A stretch of 64,000 nucleotides of DNA from Caldisericota bacterium (GTDB taxonomy: Bacteria > Caldisericota > Caldisericia > JAAYUI01), in contig JAKPMO010000024.1 in assembly GCA_029548865.1 (NCBI GenBank), positions 99,256 to 163,255 on the forward strand. The letters are read 5' to 3'. The position numbers were made by a program, and so were the translations under genes. The notes below the pieces were generated by a model. That model did not search any database and was not told where the DNA came from. It saw only the letters and a program-made list of their open reading frames with translations. The first letter of the stretch is position 1. Every line of letters starts with the position of its first letter. This document shows, piece after piece, positions 8,734-18,664 of this stretch.

Positions 8734-9620
8734 ATTTCATATTTGAGAGACTGCCAAAAGGAGCAAAACCAAAACCACTGGCCCAAGAATTCACATCTTC
8801 CCCAAAAGACGCCATTTATACAATGAGAACATCCATGTTCTCGGGTTATCTTGAGGGTAATTTTGTAAACTCAAAATTAGGCATCTACTTTTACAAGGGA
8901 AGGCCCATATTCACCATATACCAGTCCAAAGACTGGTTCGAATTTGGGCAGAAAGCCATAGATTTTGCCACAAAGGACCAGGGATCATCCAGAAATTGCT
9001 ACTCAACAAGCGACGTTGATCCGGATATCCTGAAATGTTTTTGCTCGTTGCTTTCCCCATATCCAATATTCAGGAATTTCTACCCACAGATGCTTGTCAT
9101 TGACGAACTTTTCTCAAGAATGGTGCAGGAGAAATTCACCGGGTGTATATATATTTCAACACTGTCTGACCAAGTTCTGCTTTTTGTTCATGATGGCATG
9201 ATCCTTGAGTGGGAAGAGGGCAAGATAATCAACCGCTACCCGATCGATGAATCCCCGGTAACAAAAGACATGGCAAAAGCAGTCGCCCTGATGAGCGATG
9301 AAAGGGCAGGCATTGATATCTATGAAATGCCTGAAAATCTTTATTCAGACCTGACTTCTTTTGAGTATGGAGTAACATTCAAGACAACCAAAAGTTTGCT
9401 GATACTCAAGGATGCTTTGAGCAAAATCGCAGGTGACGAACTTAAAGGCAAGAGCGTCGATTTCGACAGAGCGCTTGACGAAAACTCAGCTGATATAAAC
9501 AACATTGAAGAGTTTGTCACCAATCTGGAAAAACATCTTACAGTCGATATTTCAAGAAAAATCCTTCAGGGATTGACCGAAAAATTGATGGTTGAGATAG
9601 CAGAGTTCAAAAAATCCTGA
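8730..9620 (+). CDS. Hypothetical protein translationally coupled to the receiver (possible duplicated DUF4388/PATAN-like module)
   Basis: ATGA start/stop overlap with the receiver gene, with GGGAGGG RBS 5 nt upstream. Two internal G-x-IY-x...DG-x-I motifs (GIYFYKGRPIF; GCIYIS...VHDGMIL). The ORF-track start at 8643 is rejected as an in-gene overlap. Confidence 0.5.
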   Translation: MNFIFERLPKGAKPKPLAQEFTSSPKDAIYTMRTSMFSGYLEGNFVNSKLGIYFYKGRPIFTIYQSKDWFEFGQKAIDFATKDQGSSRNCYSTSDVDPDILKCFCSLLSPYPIFRNFYPQMLVIDELFSRMVQEKFTGCIYISTLSDQVLLFVHDGMILEWEEGKIINRYPIDESPVTKDMAKAVALMSDERAGIDIYEMPENLYSDLTSFEYGVTFKTTKSLLILKDALSKIAGDELKGKSVDFDRALDENSADINNIEEFVTNLEKHLTVDISRKILQGLTEKLMVEIAEFKKS

Positions 9621-10443
9621 TTCTGTGGCAAGTATATTTTTTACCAAGCTCCAAAGCCGCTCCCAAAAGGGCGGCTTTTTGTTTGAAAAGGGCAAAAATC
9701 GAACTGCCTGAGCCACTCATACTGGCAATATTTGCACCGTGATCCAGAAGTGCATTTATTGCCTCGCCAATTTTGGGACATACCAAATTAGCCGCTTCAA
9801 AAAGATCATTTTGTGGTGATTTCAACCGATCTGACATACTGCCTGGTCTTGTTGAAACAGGTTTCTGATCCCAATTTGAATACACCCGTGGTGTGGGAAC
9901 ATGACAATCAGGACAAACAAGCAGTATCTCTTCTTCAAAACCCTTCAAAGGTTCAACGATTTCCCCCCTGCCAGTCATCCTTCTCCATCCCTCAAACAGA
10001 AACGATGGTACATCAGAACCAACCTTGGCGGCAATTTCAAACAAAAGGGTATTGTCCAAGCCAATAAAAGAACCAAGACAGGAAATTACTGCAGCTGCGT
10101 CTGATGAGCCACCACCAAGCCCTGCACCATGTGGTATGTTCTTCTTTATTTTTATCTCAACAGAAAAATTCCCATTAAAGGACTCCAGCAAGAGAGATGC
10201 GGCTTTGTATACCAGATTGTCTTTTCCTGGCGCCACTTCGCAGTCTACAGTGATCCCCTTGCCATTACTTATCAAAATGTCTATTTCATCATAAAGATCT
10301 ATTCTGGCAACAAGGGAATCTATTTCATGGTAACCATCCGGCCTTCTGGCCAGAACATGCAGGTCCCAGTTTATTTTTGCGTATGCCCTAGTGCGGAATG
10401 AAACCGGCAAGTCTCTTGAATTGATCGACATTGAGCGTTTCAC
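9607..10443 (-). CDS. ispE: 4-diphosphocytidyl-2-C-methyl-D-erythritol kinase
   Basis: AKINWDLHVLARRPDGYHEIDSL plus GHMP-kinase motif IPHGAGLGGGSSDAAAV. Downstream of ksgA as in Firmicutes. Confidence 0.9.
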   Translation of the reverse strand: MKRSMSINSRDLPVSFRTRAYAKINWDLHVLARRPDGYHEIDSLVARIDLYDEIDILISNGKGITVDCEVAPGKDNLVYKAASLLLESFNGNFSVEIKIKKNIPHGAGLGGGSSDAAAVISCLGSFIGLDNTLLFEIAAKVGSDVPSFLFEGWRRMTGRGEIVEPLKGFEEEILLVCPDCHVPTPRVYSNWDQKPVSTRPGSMSDRLKSPQNDLFEAANLVCPKIGEAINALLDHGANIASMSGSGSSIFALFKQKAALLGAALELGKKYTCHRIRIF

Positions 10444-11212
10444 CTCTCACATTGGGTTCCAGCCCGATGAATGACATTGCGCTTTTCACATCATCTGTAT
10501 CAAACCCCGCTTCAGAAAGTGAATTGACCATTGTTTTTCTTCTAAGCATGAAGGCACCTTCGACCACTCTGATGAAATGATCCTCGGCCCGTTTTGGTAA
10601 TCTTGGTGTCTTCGGTTGGTCGAATGAAACAAAAGCAGAACCGACATTCGGCCTTGGAAAAAATGATGATGGGTGCACTTCAAAAAGTTTTTTGAATGAA
10701 AAAGCATATTGGGCATAAACCGAAAAAGCTGTGTATGATGGATCTCCCGGCGATGCCAGCAGGTGTTTGACAACATCCTCTGGTAGCATAAAGAAAGCGG
10801 GTACATCTGGCGTCTGGTTCGCCCATCTCCGAAGTATTGCAGAAGAGCAGTAATAGGGGAGATTTCCAACGACAACTGTCGGTTTGAGTGATGACAGGTC
10901 CATCTCGAGGACATCGCCAAAAATGAGCTTTATATTTGAAGTAAGGCCGGTCGTTTTGAGCAAGAGTGGGCGAAGATCAGTGTCTATTTCAATGGCAGTT
11001 ACCTGGTGGGCATTTATAGCCAAAGCTGAAGTAAGATAACCAGACCCCGCACCAATCTCTACTACCCAGTCGGAATGTTTGATATTACAGGCATCCATGA
11101 TCCTGTTTATCGCAACAGGATCATGAAGAAAGTTCTGGCCAAAGCTTTTCTTGAGCCTTATCTCGAACTTTTGAAGATCATCTTTGAGATCTTTTAGGCC
11201 ATTCGAGGACAT
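10388..11212 (-). CDS. rsmA: 16S rRNA (adenine1518/1519-N6)-dimethyltransferase
   Basis: FGQNFLHDPVAINRI and SAM-binding EIGAGSGYLT, then NLPY. KsgA family. Confidence 0.9.
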   Translation of the reverse strand: MSSNGLKDLKDDLQKFEIRLKKSFGQNFLHDPVAINRIMDACNIKHSDWVVEIGAGSGYLTSALAINAHQVTAIEIDTDLRPLLLKTTGLTSNIKLIFGDVLEMDLSSLKPTVVVGNLPYYCSSAILRRWANQTPDVPAFFMLPEDVVKHLLASPGDPSYTAFSVYAQYAFSFKKLFEVHPSSFFPRPNVGSAFVSFDQPKTPRLPKRAEDHFIRVVEGAFMLRRKTMVNSLSEAGFDTDDVKSAMSFIGLEPNVRGETLNVDQFKRLAGFIPH

Positions 11213-12182
11213 ACATGTTTACCTTTCTTCTGCCCCATCTCATAGCCTCTTCAGGCTTGTAGAAGAAGACATCAATAATGTTGTTTTTTATTGCGCCACC
11301 GCAATCGCCGGCAATGGCATACCCATAACCTTCCACATACACCTTCGTATAATAGGGTATGACTGTTGGATCAACCGCAATAATTCCATAACCTGATCTC
11401 ATTCCGGTTGCTGTTGTCCATGGATCGGCATCGCATTCTGCAACAGTTGGAGAATAGGCAGTAGCTTCTACAAGAATCTTCTCGATTGCCCCACCAGGCA
11501 TCTCGGCCTCTCCTATTGCCATTTCTTCATGGATTGGTCTGTGGGAGGCTCTTGTTGAAACAAAAGTGGAGGTAACAAGTTTCCCATCCTCGTAAATCTC
11601 CCTGTAAAGATCTTCTCTTTCTCCGCCTGACCCTGGTTTCCACACCACAACCTTGCCCTGGTGGACCTGATTGTTCGGGACATAATCAATCTCGTAAGGT
11701 ATTCTTTCTTTCCTTTTTACAAGTTTGTGTTCCACTCTCACCACTCTTGTAAGCATTGCTCCTGGCCTATATGGGTCTTCTGATACCTGTACCCTATCCA
11801 GCGGGCCAAGTTTTATGCCAATCTTCGAAACGGCATTCCGCAGGTTCTTGCGTGTGCAAAGTATTTGCTTGCGCATGCCATCAAACTGGATAATAACTGG
11901 GTTTGCCTTTTCAAACTCTATTTTTTCGCCAGATCTGAATGTGGTGTCCATGTTTGAAACAACAAACCCCGCTGGTTTTATTACGACTCTGTCTGAGGGG
12001 TCAATCTTAACCCCCATCTCTTGCAGGGCGCCACTTATAGTTTTTTGAAAAGTGACTCCTACATGGAGTTCCTGGCCGATATAAACCGCTACCGCTTTTG
12101 AGCTGGCAAATCCTAAAATGACAAAAACAAAGCCCAGTACGGCAATAATCCAATAAGCTGTTTTGGTGTCTTCACAATTCAT
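11178..12182 (-). CDS. YabE-like cell-wall protein (TM anchor, G5-like domain, C-terminal 3D domain)
   Basis: C-terminus TVIPYYTKVYVEGYGYAIAGDCGGAIKNNIIDVFF is a 3D (MltA-like) domain. A G5-like stretch lies upstream. Start chosen at MNCEDT preceding the TM helix. Position next to ksgA matches B. subtilis yabE. Confidence 0.7.
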   Translation of the reverse strand: MNCEDTKTAYWIIAVLGFVFVILGFASSKAVAVYIGQELHVGVTFQKTISGALQEMGVKIDPSDRVVIKPAGFVVSNMDTTFRSGEKIEFEKANPVIIQFDGMRKQILCTRKNLRNAVSKIGIKLGPLDRVQVSEDPYRPGAMLTRVVRVEHKLVKRKERIPYEIDYVPNNQVHQGKVVVWKPGSGGEREDLYREIYEDGKLVTSTFVSTRASHRPIHEEMAIGEAEMPGGAIEKILVEATAYSPTVAECDADPWTTATGMRSGYGIIAVDPTVIPYYTKVYVEGYGYAIAGDCGGAIKNNIIDVFFYKPEEAMRWGRRKVNMYVLEWPKRSQR

Positions 12183-12204
12183 ACATTTTATGTAGTATAT
12201 ACTT

Positions 12205-13620
12205 GTGAACGTAATTCTGTCAAAGGAAACAATGATAAGAAAGGCCAGGGAAACCCTGGCCAATCATTTTCGGGGTATAAAGCTCCACGATGATGCAATG
12301 ATGGTTGGCGGAACCATCAGGGACATCCTCCTTGGAAGGACGCCAAAAGACATCGACATTGCAACCCCGAAAACTGCCGAACTTGTCCAGGGTTTTGTCG
12401 ACAAGGGATTCACCCATGTCCTGCTGGATGAACAGCGCGACATCCACAGGATGGTTGGGAATGGCGTGCACATCGACATCACCCCACTTCACCATGACCA
12501 TATCCATGACCTGATTGGGAGAGACTTCACCATCAACGCTATTGGGCTTGTTATAAGCACAGAGGAAGTTCTGGACCCGCAAGGTGGAATGAAAGATCTT
12601 TCCAAGAGCCTCGTCAGGGCGCTTTCAGAAGACAGATTTCTTGAAGACCCACTCAGGCTGATAAGGGCATTCAGGATAGCCGCAGACCTCTCCTTCTCCA
12701 TAGATCCTGTCACAAAACGCTTCATCACAAAACACGCCCATCTGATAAACAGGCCAAGCAAGGAAAGGATAAGGGACGAGATTTGCTGGACAATCGAGGC
12801 CCCAAGGTCATACCCGGTCATAGAGGAACTTACAAGGACGGGCATTCTAGGAAGAATACTGCCAGAATTTGCTTCCGTGTCGCAGGTAATAGCCCACAAA
12901 CCACATGCGCTTGGCCTGACCGAGCACCTTCTCTGGACATATAAATACCTTGAAGACATCCTGGAAGATCTCGACTCAATGCTTGGCGATTATGCCGACA
13001 ACGCAAGAGAATTGCTGTCAACAGTGATGGCCTCCGACAGAAGAATGTTCATTTGCACAAAATTGGCAGGTCTCCTTCATGACATAGGAAAACCCCAAAC
13101 AATAACCTACGAGGAAGAAGTTCATTTCCTTGAACATGACAGGGTTGGTTCTGAAATGGTCTCGAAGAGGATGGAAGAATTGAAGTTCTCATCCGCAGAA
13201 ACCAAAACAGTTTCCGGAATAGTTTTAAACCACATGAGGCCACACAACCTCCAGAAGCTGGATAGCGTAACTCCCAAGGCGGTCTTCAAGTATTTCAGGG
13301 ACCTTGAGCAGATAGCCATACCAACTCTTCTGGTTGCCGTGGCAGATGCCTATGCAACCCAGATGATGCCATACGGGTCTTTGGACGCATATCATGAATT
13401 TGTCAAATCAATGGTTGCCGAAAACCAGCAAATGGGCAAACCAAAACCACTCCTCACTGGAGATGAAATAATGAAGCTCCTTGGAATTGACCCTGGACCA
13501 GAGGTGGGACTCGCTGTCAGTTATCTTGCCGAGGCGCAGGCACTCGGTCAGATAACAACAAAAACACAGGCCAAAGAGCTAATAAAATCGAAAGGCTACC
13601 TAAATGAAGGAAACGCTTGA
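12205..13620 (+). CDS. cca: CCA-adding tRNA nucleotidyltransferase with HD domain
   Basis: PolyA-polymerase head (MVGGTIRDILLGRTPKDIDIAT) and a central HD motif (LAGLLHDIGKP). Confidence 0.85.
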   Translation: MNVILSKETMIRKARETLANHFRGIKLHDDAMMVGGTIRDILLGRTPKDIDIATPKTAELVQGFVDKGFTHVLLDEQRDIHRMVGNGVHIDITPLHHDHIHDLIGRDFTINAIGLVISTEEVLDPQGGMKDLSKSLVRALSEDRFLEDPLRLIRAFRIAADLSFSIDPVTKRFITKHAHLINRPSKERIRDEICWTIEAPRSYPVIEELTRTGILGRILPEFASVSQVIAHKPHALGLTEHLLWTYKYLEDILEDLDSMLGDYADNARELLSTVMASDRRMFICTKLAGLLHDIGKPQTITYEEEVHFLEHDRVGSEMVSKRMEELKFSSAETKTVSGIVLNHMRPHNLQKLDSVTPKAVFKYFRDLEQIAIPTLLVAVADAYATQMMPYGSLDAYHEFVKSMVAENQQMGKPKPLLTGDEIMKLLGIDPGPEVGLAVSYLAEAQALGQITTKTQAKELIKSKGYLNEGNA

Positions 13621-14635
13621 AAAATTCGTCCGGATAAGCTCTTCATCATGCCACGAGGAGAAAGTGGCAGAGCTTTTCCAGCAGACAATATCTGAAACAG
13701 GCTATGAAACCAGAACCGACAGAATGGGGAATGTTTATGCAGAAATCCCCTGTGGTGTTGATGGAGCAAAGAAAATCATGATCACCGCCCACAGCGACGA
13801 GCCTGCGCTGGCAGTCCAGGGGTTTACAGAAGACGGTTTTGTAAGAATATGGGACTGGTCGGGGGTTGACCATAAGGTGCTACCAGGACAGGAAGTTGTA
13901 ATACACGGCACTTGCGAAATTCCAGCCATAATAGGAATCCTACCTCCACACCTGACAAAACCGGGTGACAAAAAAGCTGTCCCAATAACAAAACTCTACG
14001 CCGACACCGGCATGCCAGCAGACTGGGTTACCGGAAAGGTAAAAATCGGCGACCAGGTGACATTCAAGAAACGCTTTTCCGAGCTCAAGAATGGCCGTGT
14101 TGCAGGTTGTGCGCTCGATAATAGATTAAGTGTCACAATGCTGCTTGAACTGGCCAAAAAGCTCAAGAGGGTGAAACTGGATGTCGATGTCGTCCTGGTG
14201 TGCACCACACAGGAAGAAATCGGTGCGTACGGAGGCTTTGCTGCTGCAACTGAAGTAAGGCCTGATCTTGCAATAGCAATGGACACTACAATCGCCGAAC
14301 AGCATGGAGAATCTGGCAAGTCATATCTGCCGCTTGACAAGGTCTGCTTGGACAATGGGCCGATAATAAATCCGAAAGTCAGAGCGGCGTTTTTGGGTTC
14401 GGCTGAGAAATTAAACATAAAAACATCTGAGTACATATTCTCTTCGGGTAGCCAAACCGAAGCTGATTCAGCATGGGAAGCGGGGCTCGGAAGGCCAATA
14501 GCTGTTGTCTCGATACCGGTCAGGTACCTCCACCAGCCAGTTGAGACTGTTGACCTTTCGGTTGCAGAAAGCGGCGTTGACATGATGTGCGAGTTTCTGA
14601 TGGGGTTGCCGGCAAGCCTGGAAGGGGTGATCTAA
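13604..14635 (+). CDS. M42 family aminopeptidase (FrvX/TET-like), paralogue 1
   Basis: M42 signatures (ITAHSDEPALAVQG, metal ligands HxDE, catalytic EE). First of three adjacent paralogues. Confidence 0.85.
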   Translation: MKETLEKFVRISSSSCHEEKVAELFQQTISETGYETRTDRMGNVYAEIPCGVDGAKKIMITAHSDEPALAVQGFTEDGFVRIWDWSGVDHKVLPGQEVVIHGTCEIPAIIGILPPHLTKPGDKKAVPITKLYADTGMPADWVTGKVKIGDQVTFKKRFSELKNGRVAGCALDNRLSVTMLLELAKKLKRVKLDVDVVLVCTTQEEIGAYGGFAAATEVRPDLAIAMDTTIAEQHGESGKSYLPLDKVCLDNGPIINPKVRAAFLGSAEKLNIKTSEYIFSSGSQTEADSAWEAGLGRPIAVVSIPVRYLHQPVETVDLSVAESGVDMMCEFLMGLPASLEGVI

Positions 14636-15660
14636 TGGAACTCCTGAAAAAACTTTGCAATGCTTCCGGTGCACCCGGCGACGAGAGTGAAATAAGACAA
14701 GTATTGACGGATTTCTATTCCCAAATGGGCATTGCTCCAACAACAGACCATGTTGGCAACATTTTCTTTGTAAAAGAAGGGAAACCAGGCAAGCCAATAA
14801 TCATGCTTGATGCCCACATGGACGAGGTGGCCCTGCAGGTCATAGGCCATACCTCTGAAGGCGAGCTGAAAATTGCACAGCTTGGCGGGATTGACGACAG
14901 GGTGCTGGCATCCAAGCATGTTCTTGTTGGAAAAGAAAAAATAAGAGGCGTTATAGGGTTAAAACCAATTCACAACCAGAAACATGAAGAATGGGACGTT
15001 GTAACACCAACAAACGCCCTCGTCGTTGATGTGGGTTGCAAGGACAAGGCAGAGGCTGAAAGAACAGCTCCACTTGGGACCACAATAGTTTTTGACACTG
15101 AATTCGAGGACTGGGGCGAGGTCATAAAAGCAAAATCTTTTGATGACAGGGCTGGGTGCTGGGCCGTGTGCAAAACAATGGAAATGGAAACAGAATGCAC
15201 ACTTGTCGGATCATTCACTTTTGGTGAAGAGATAGGCATGAAAGGGGCTGTCTTCGCAGTCAGAAGGTTCATGCCCGATCTGGTTGTTTCACTCGAGGGG
15301 ACATCTGCAGGTGACATGCCAGAGGTTCCAGAACACCAGAATTGCGCAAGGTTCAGATATGGCCCAGTAATAACATTTGAAGATCGCAGTGTTATCATCC
15401 CGAGAAATTACCGTCTTCTGCTTGAAGACACTGCCCAGAAAAACGACATCCAGTACCAGTACAAGGGGACAGTCACTGGTGGAACAAACGCAGGAAGGAT
15501 GCAATTCGAAAACGGTGGCACCCCATGCGTGGTCATCGCCGCACCCTGCAGATATATCCATTCGCCAGTCTCGCTGGCCGCAAAATCAGACCTTGAGGCA
15601 ATGGTCAAACTTTCAAAAACATTCATACAAAGAATTGACAAGGAAGGACTTCCGCAATGA
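14635..15660 (+). CDS. M42 family aminopeptidase, paralogue 2
   Basis: Start set at MELLKKL (TAATG overlap with the previous stop). LDAHMDEVALQV and EEIGMKGA motifs. Confidence 0.85.
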   Translation: MELLKKLCNASGAPGDESEIRQVLTDFYSQMGIAPTTDHVGNIFFVKEGKPGKPIIMLDAHMDEVALQVIGHTSEGELKIAQLGGIDDRVLASKHVLVGKEKIRGVIGLKPIHNQKHEEWDVVTPTNALVVDVGCKDKAEAERTAPLGTTIVFDTEFEDWGEVIKAKSFDDRAGCWAVCKTMEMETECTLVGSFTFGEEIGMKGAVFAVRRFMPDLVVSLEGTSAGDMPEVPEHQNCARFRYGPVITFEDRSVIIPRNYRLLLEDTAQKNDIQYQYKGTVTGGTNAGRMQFENGGTPCVVIAAPCRYIHSPVSLAAKSDLEAMVKLSKTFIQRIDKEGLPQ

Positions 15661-16637
15661 AAGATATAATCCAAAAGCTGGTTTCAATCCCATCTCCATC
15701 AGGTTTTGAGGAAAAGCTCAGGGAACAGGTCACAAAACTCCTTGAGGGCAAAATTGGGGAAGTTGATTTCATGGGCAACCTCGTGGTCAAGCACCCTGGC
15801 AAAGGCCCAAAAATCCTTGTTGAAGCCCAGATGGACGAAGATTCGATAATTGCAAACCACATCGATAAAAATGGTTTTATCAGGTTTTATCCTTCAACTG
15901 CAATGAAGGAAGCAGACATCCTGAACCGTCAGGTCATTTTCCCAAGCGGGGCCTGTGGCTACATCGGAGCTGAGGAAGTAGCAGAAGGGACCGTGCTTGG
16001 TTTTGATAAAATGTTCGTAGATGTTGGAGCACACGATAAAAAAATCGCAATGAAAATGGTCCAGATTGGAGATCATGCATCCTTCCACACGGAATCCAGA
16101 CTTGAAGGTGGAAGAGTCATTGGAGCTTCAAACTGCAAGGTTCCAGTTGCAGTATTGACATGGCTTGTAAACGAATATGATGGCGATGCCAATCTTGTAT
16201 ATGCATTCACCGCACAGGGAAGACTCGGTGGCAGGGGCGCCGCAGCCATCATCACAAGGGAAAATCCGGATATTATCGTTACGATAGATTCAACACCAGC
16301 CACCGACACACCAAACTGCCCCGACAAGGCAAAGATTGATCTGGATGCTGGTCCAGTCCTTGTTGTAAAAGGAAACATTGTCCCAAGAGATATGAACGCC
16401 ATCTCCATTTTTGAGGAAGTGGCAGAGACTTCCGGAATCCAGACCCAACGGACCGTGAAAGATGTCTACGACATGCATGATATGCGCATCGCACGACTTG
16501 TCTCCTCAGCATCAATCATAACCGTTGGTATACCAGCTAGAAGGTTTGGGATGTTTGGCTCGGTTTCTTCAGTTTCTGATGCACAGGCTGCAGGAAAACT
16601 GCTCTCCAAAGCTTTGCGCAAAAAACTCGTCAAATAG
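15657..16637 (+). CDS. M42 family aminopeptidase, paralogue 3
   Basis: MKDIIQKLVSIPSPSGFEE N-terminus typical of M42, with 4-nt overlap onto paralogue 2. Divergent in the metal-site region (QMDEDS). Confidence 0.8.
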   Translation: MKDIIQKLVSIPSPSGFEEKLREQVTKLLEGKIGEVDFMGNLVVKHPGKGPKILVEAQMDEDSIIANHIDKNGFIRFYPSTAMKEADILNRQVIFPSGACGYIGAEEVAEGTVLGFDKMFVDVGAHDKKIAMKMVQIGDHASFHTESRLEGGRVIGASNCKVPVAVLTWLVNEYDGDANLVYAFTAQGRLGGRGAAAIITRENPDIIVTIDSTPATDTPNCPDKAKIDLDAGPVLVVKGNIVPRDMNAISIFEEVAETSGIQTQRTVKDVYDMHDMRIARLVSSASIITVGIPARRFGMFGSVSSVSDAQAAGKLLSKALRKKLVK

Positions 16638-16681
16638 GTTGAAATTTTCCAGCCCACAACTAGACTCGCTTCGGAGGAAAA

Positions 16682-17779
16682 ATGAAAAGAACACCGCTTT
16701 ATGAAAAACATGTAGCACTAGGGGCACAGATTGTCCCATTCGCAGGTTACGAGATGCCGATCCAGTACACGTCAATTCTTGACGAACACAAAACTGTAAG
16801 GGAAAATGCAGGCTTGTTTGATGTATCGCACATGGGCGAGATTGAGATCAAGGGGCCCGAAGCTGTTGCCCTGACTGACCAGATCATGTCAAACAATGTC
16901 GCTGATATGAAACCTGGCACAGCGGAATACACTGTCATGTGCAAGGAAGATGGTGGAATCATTGATGACCTGTTTATCCACTACATCAGCAAAGACCACA
17001 TATTCTTGGTAGTCAACGCATCCAATGTCGACAAGGATTTTGCCTGGATAAAGTCCCACGAACGCCCGGGAGCGCAAGTGACAAACCTTTCCGACCAGTA
17101 TGCCGAAATCGCCCTCCAGGGTCCAAAAGCAGAAGACATCATCAGAAAAGTTGCTGAATTCCCGGTATGGGACCTCCCGTACTTCCATTTTGGGTATGGA
17201 AAAGTGGCAGGCAGGGAAGTCATGGTGGCAAGAACTGGCTATACTGGCGAAGATGGGTTTGAAATCTATACAAGCAACCAGGACGCCCCGCATGTCTGGG
17301 ACGAGCTCCTGAGGGTTGGCAAAGAATTTGGAATTAAACCAATAGGCCTTGGGGCAAGAGATACCCTAAGGTTCGAAGTTTGCTATTGGCTCTATGGCAA
17401 TGAGCTTGACGAGACAATCAATCCTCTCGAGGCTGGACAGAAATTTGTTGTAAAATTCGAAAAGGACTTCATTGGAAAAGAAGCTCTTCTAAAGGCTGAA
17501 GCTGATGGAATCAAGAGAAAACTCGTTTGTTTGAAAATGCTTGAAGAGGGCGGGATTCCAAGGAGCCACTTCAAGGTGTTTGATGGAAGCACGGAAATCG
17601 GGTTTGTGACATCCGGTGGAATGCTCCCAACTGCAGGTTATGTGGGTGCAATGGCCTATGTTCCAACAACATACAAGGTGGGGACAAAGGTAAGCGTTGA
17701 AATAAGGGGAAGAAAACTGGCAGCCGAAATCATCAAAAAACCATTCTACAAGGGAACTTCTGGCAAAAAGAGGGAATAA
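16682..17779 (+). CDS. gcvT: Glycine cleavage system T protein (aminomethyltransferase)
   Basis: TPLYEKHVALGAQIVPFAGYEMPIQY...GLFDVSHMGEIEIKG is a canonical GcvT N-terminus. 365 aa. Confidence 0.9.
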   Translation: MKRTPLYEKHVALGAQIVPFAGYEMPIQYTSILDEHKTVRENAGLFDVSHMGEIEIKGPEAVALTDQIMSNNVADMKPGTAEYTVMCKEDGGIIDDLFIHYISKDHIFLVVNASNVDKDFAWIKSHERPGAQVTNLSDQYAEIALQGPKAEDIIRKVAEFPVWDLPYFHFGYGKVAGREVMVARTGYTGEDGFEIYTSNQDAPHVWDELLRVGKEFGIKPIGLGARDTLRFEVCYWLYGNELDETINPLEAGQKFVVKFEKDFIGKEALLKAEADGIKRKLVCLKMLEEGGIPRSHFKVFDGSTEIGFVTSGGMLPTAGYVGAMAYVPTTYKVGTKVSVEIRGRKLAAEIIKKPFYKGTSGKKRE

Positions 17780-17820
17780 AAAGCCCAAAAAGCAATACAA
17801 AATAAAACAAACGGAGGAAA

Positions 17821-18639
17821 GTGATGCGCGACATCATCCAGCTCGAGAAGGTTGGAAGACAGATAAGAAGGGACATCATCCAGATGACTGCACTGGCAGG
17901 GTCCGGCCATCCAGGCGGATCCCTCTCTGCCACTGACCTGATGGCAGCACTTTACTTCGAGATAGCAAACGTGGACCCATCCAACCCCATGAAAGAAGAC
18001 AGGGACAGGATTATATACTCCAAGGCTCACGTGACCCCGCTCATTTACTCGGTACTTGCAAGGAGGGGATTCTTTGATCCCGAACTCCTCAAGACCTTCA
18101 GAAAACTTGGATCACCCCTTCAGGGCCACCCACATATACACTGCGTTCCTGGGATAGAAATGTCCGGTGGATCACTCGGCCAGGGGATTTCCATAGCCCT
18201 CGGCACAGCAATCGCCGGAAAAATGGACAAGGCACCTTGGAGAGTCTACTGCCTGATGGGTGATGGCGAATTGCAAGAAGGCCAGGTTTGGGAAGCGTTC
18301 ATGGCCGCGGCCCACTACAAGGCAGACAACCTGACTGCAATCATTGACAAGAACGGCCTGGAGATTGACGGCACAACCAAGGATGTCATGAACATTGACC
18401 CGCTCGAAAAAAAGCTGGAGGCCTTCGGATGGCACATCATTGAGTGCGATGGCCACGATTATGGCCAGATACTCTACGCTTTTGACCAGGCAAAACAGAT
18501 AAAAGGAAAGCCGCAGGCCGTCATTGCTCACACAGTAAAAGGCAAGGGTGTTTCCTTCATGGAAAACAACGCCGAGTGGCACGGCAAAGCCCCAAACCAG
18601 GTCGAAACCGAAAAGGCGCTTCTGGAGCTGGCAGACTAA
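17821..18639 (+). CDS. Transketolase, N-terminal (TPP-binding) subunit of a split transketolase
   Basis: GSGHPGGSLSATDLMAALYF and GDGELQEGQVWEAF are TPP-binding motifs. 272 aa and ends cleanly. No C-terminal subunit follows. Confidence 0.85.
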   Translation: MMRDIIQLEKVGRQIRRDIIQMTALAGSGHPGGSLSATDLMAALYFEIANVDPSNPMKEDRDRIIYSKAHVTPLIYSVLARRGFFDPELLKTFRKLGSPLQGHPHIHCVPGIEMSGGSLGQGISIALGTAIAGKMDKAPWRVYCLMGDGELQEGQVWEAFMAAAHYKADNLTAIIDKNGLEIDGTTKDVMNIDPLEKKLEAFGWHIIECDGHDYGQILYAFDQAKQIKGKPQAVIAHTVKGKGVSFMENNAEWHGKAPNQVETEKALLELAD

Positions 18640-18664
18640 TAAATTGGCATTTCCTCAAATATAC

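Noticed and set aside
12220-13319. Multiple 60-160-aa ORFs antisense or out of frame within cca (12220..12582, 12489..12959, 12830..13021, 13049..13243, 13122..13319)
   Set aside because: They are wholly contained in the well-supported cca gene on the opposite strand or another frame, with no RBS or homology signal.
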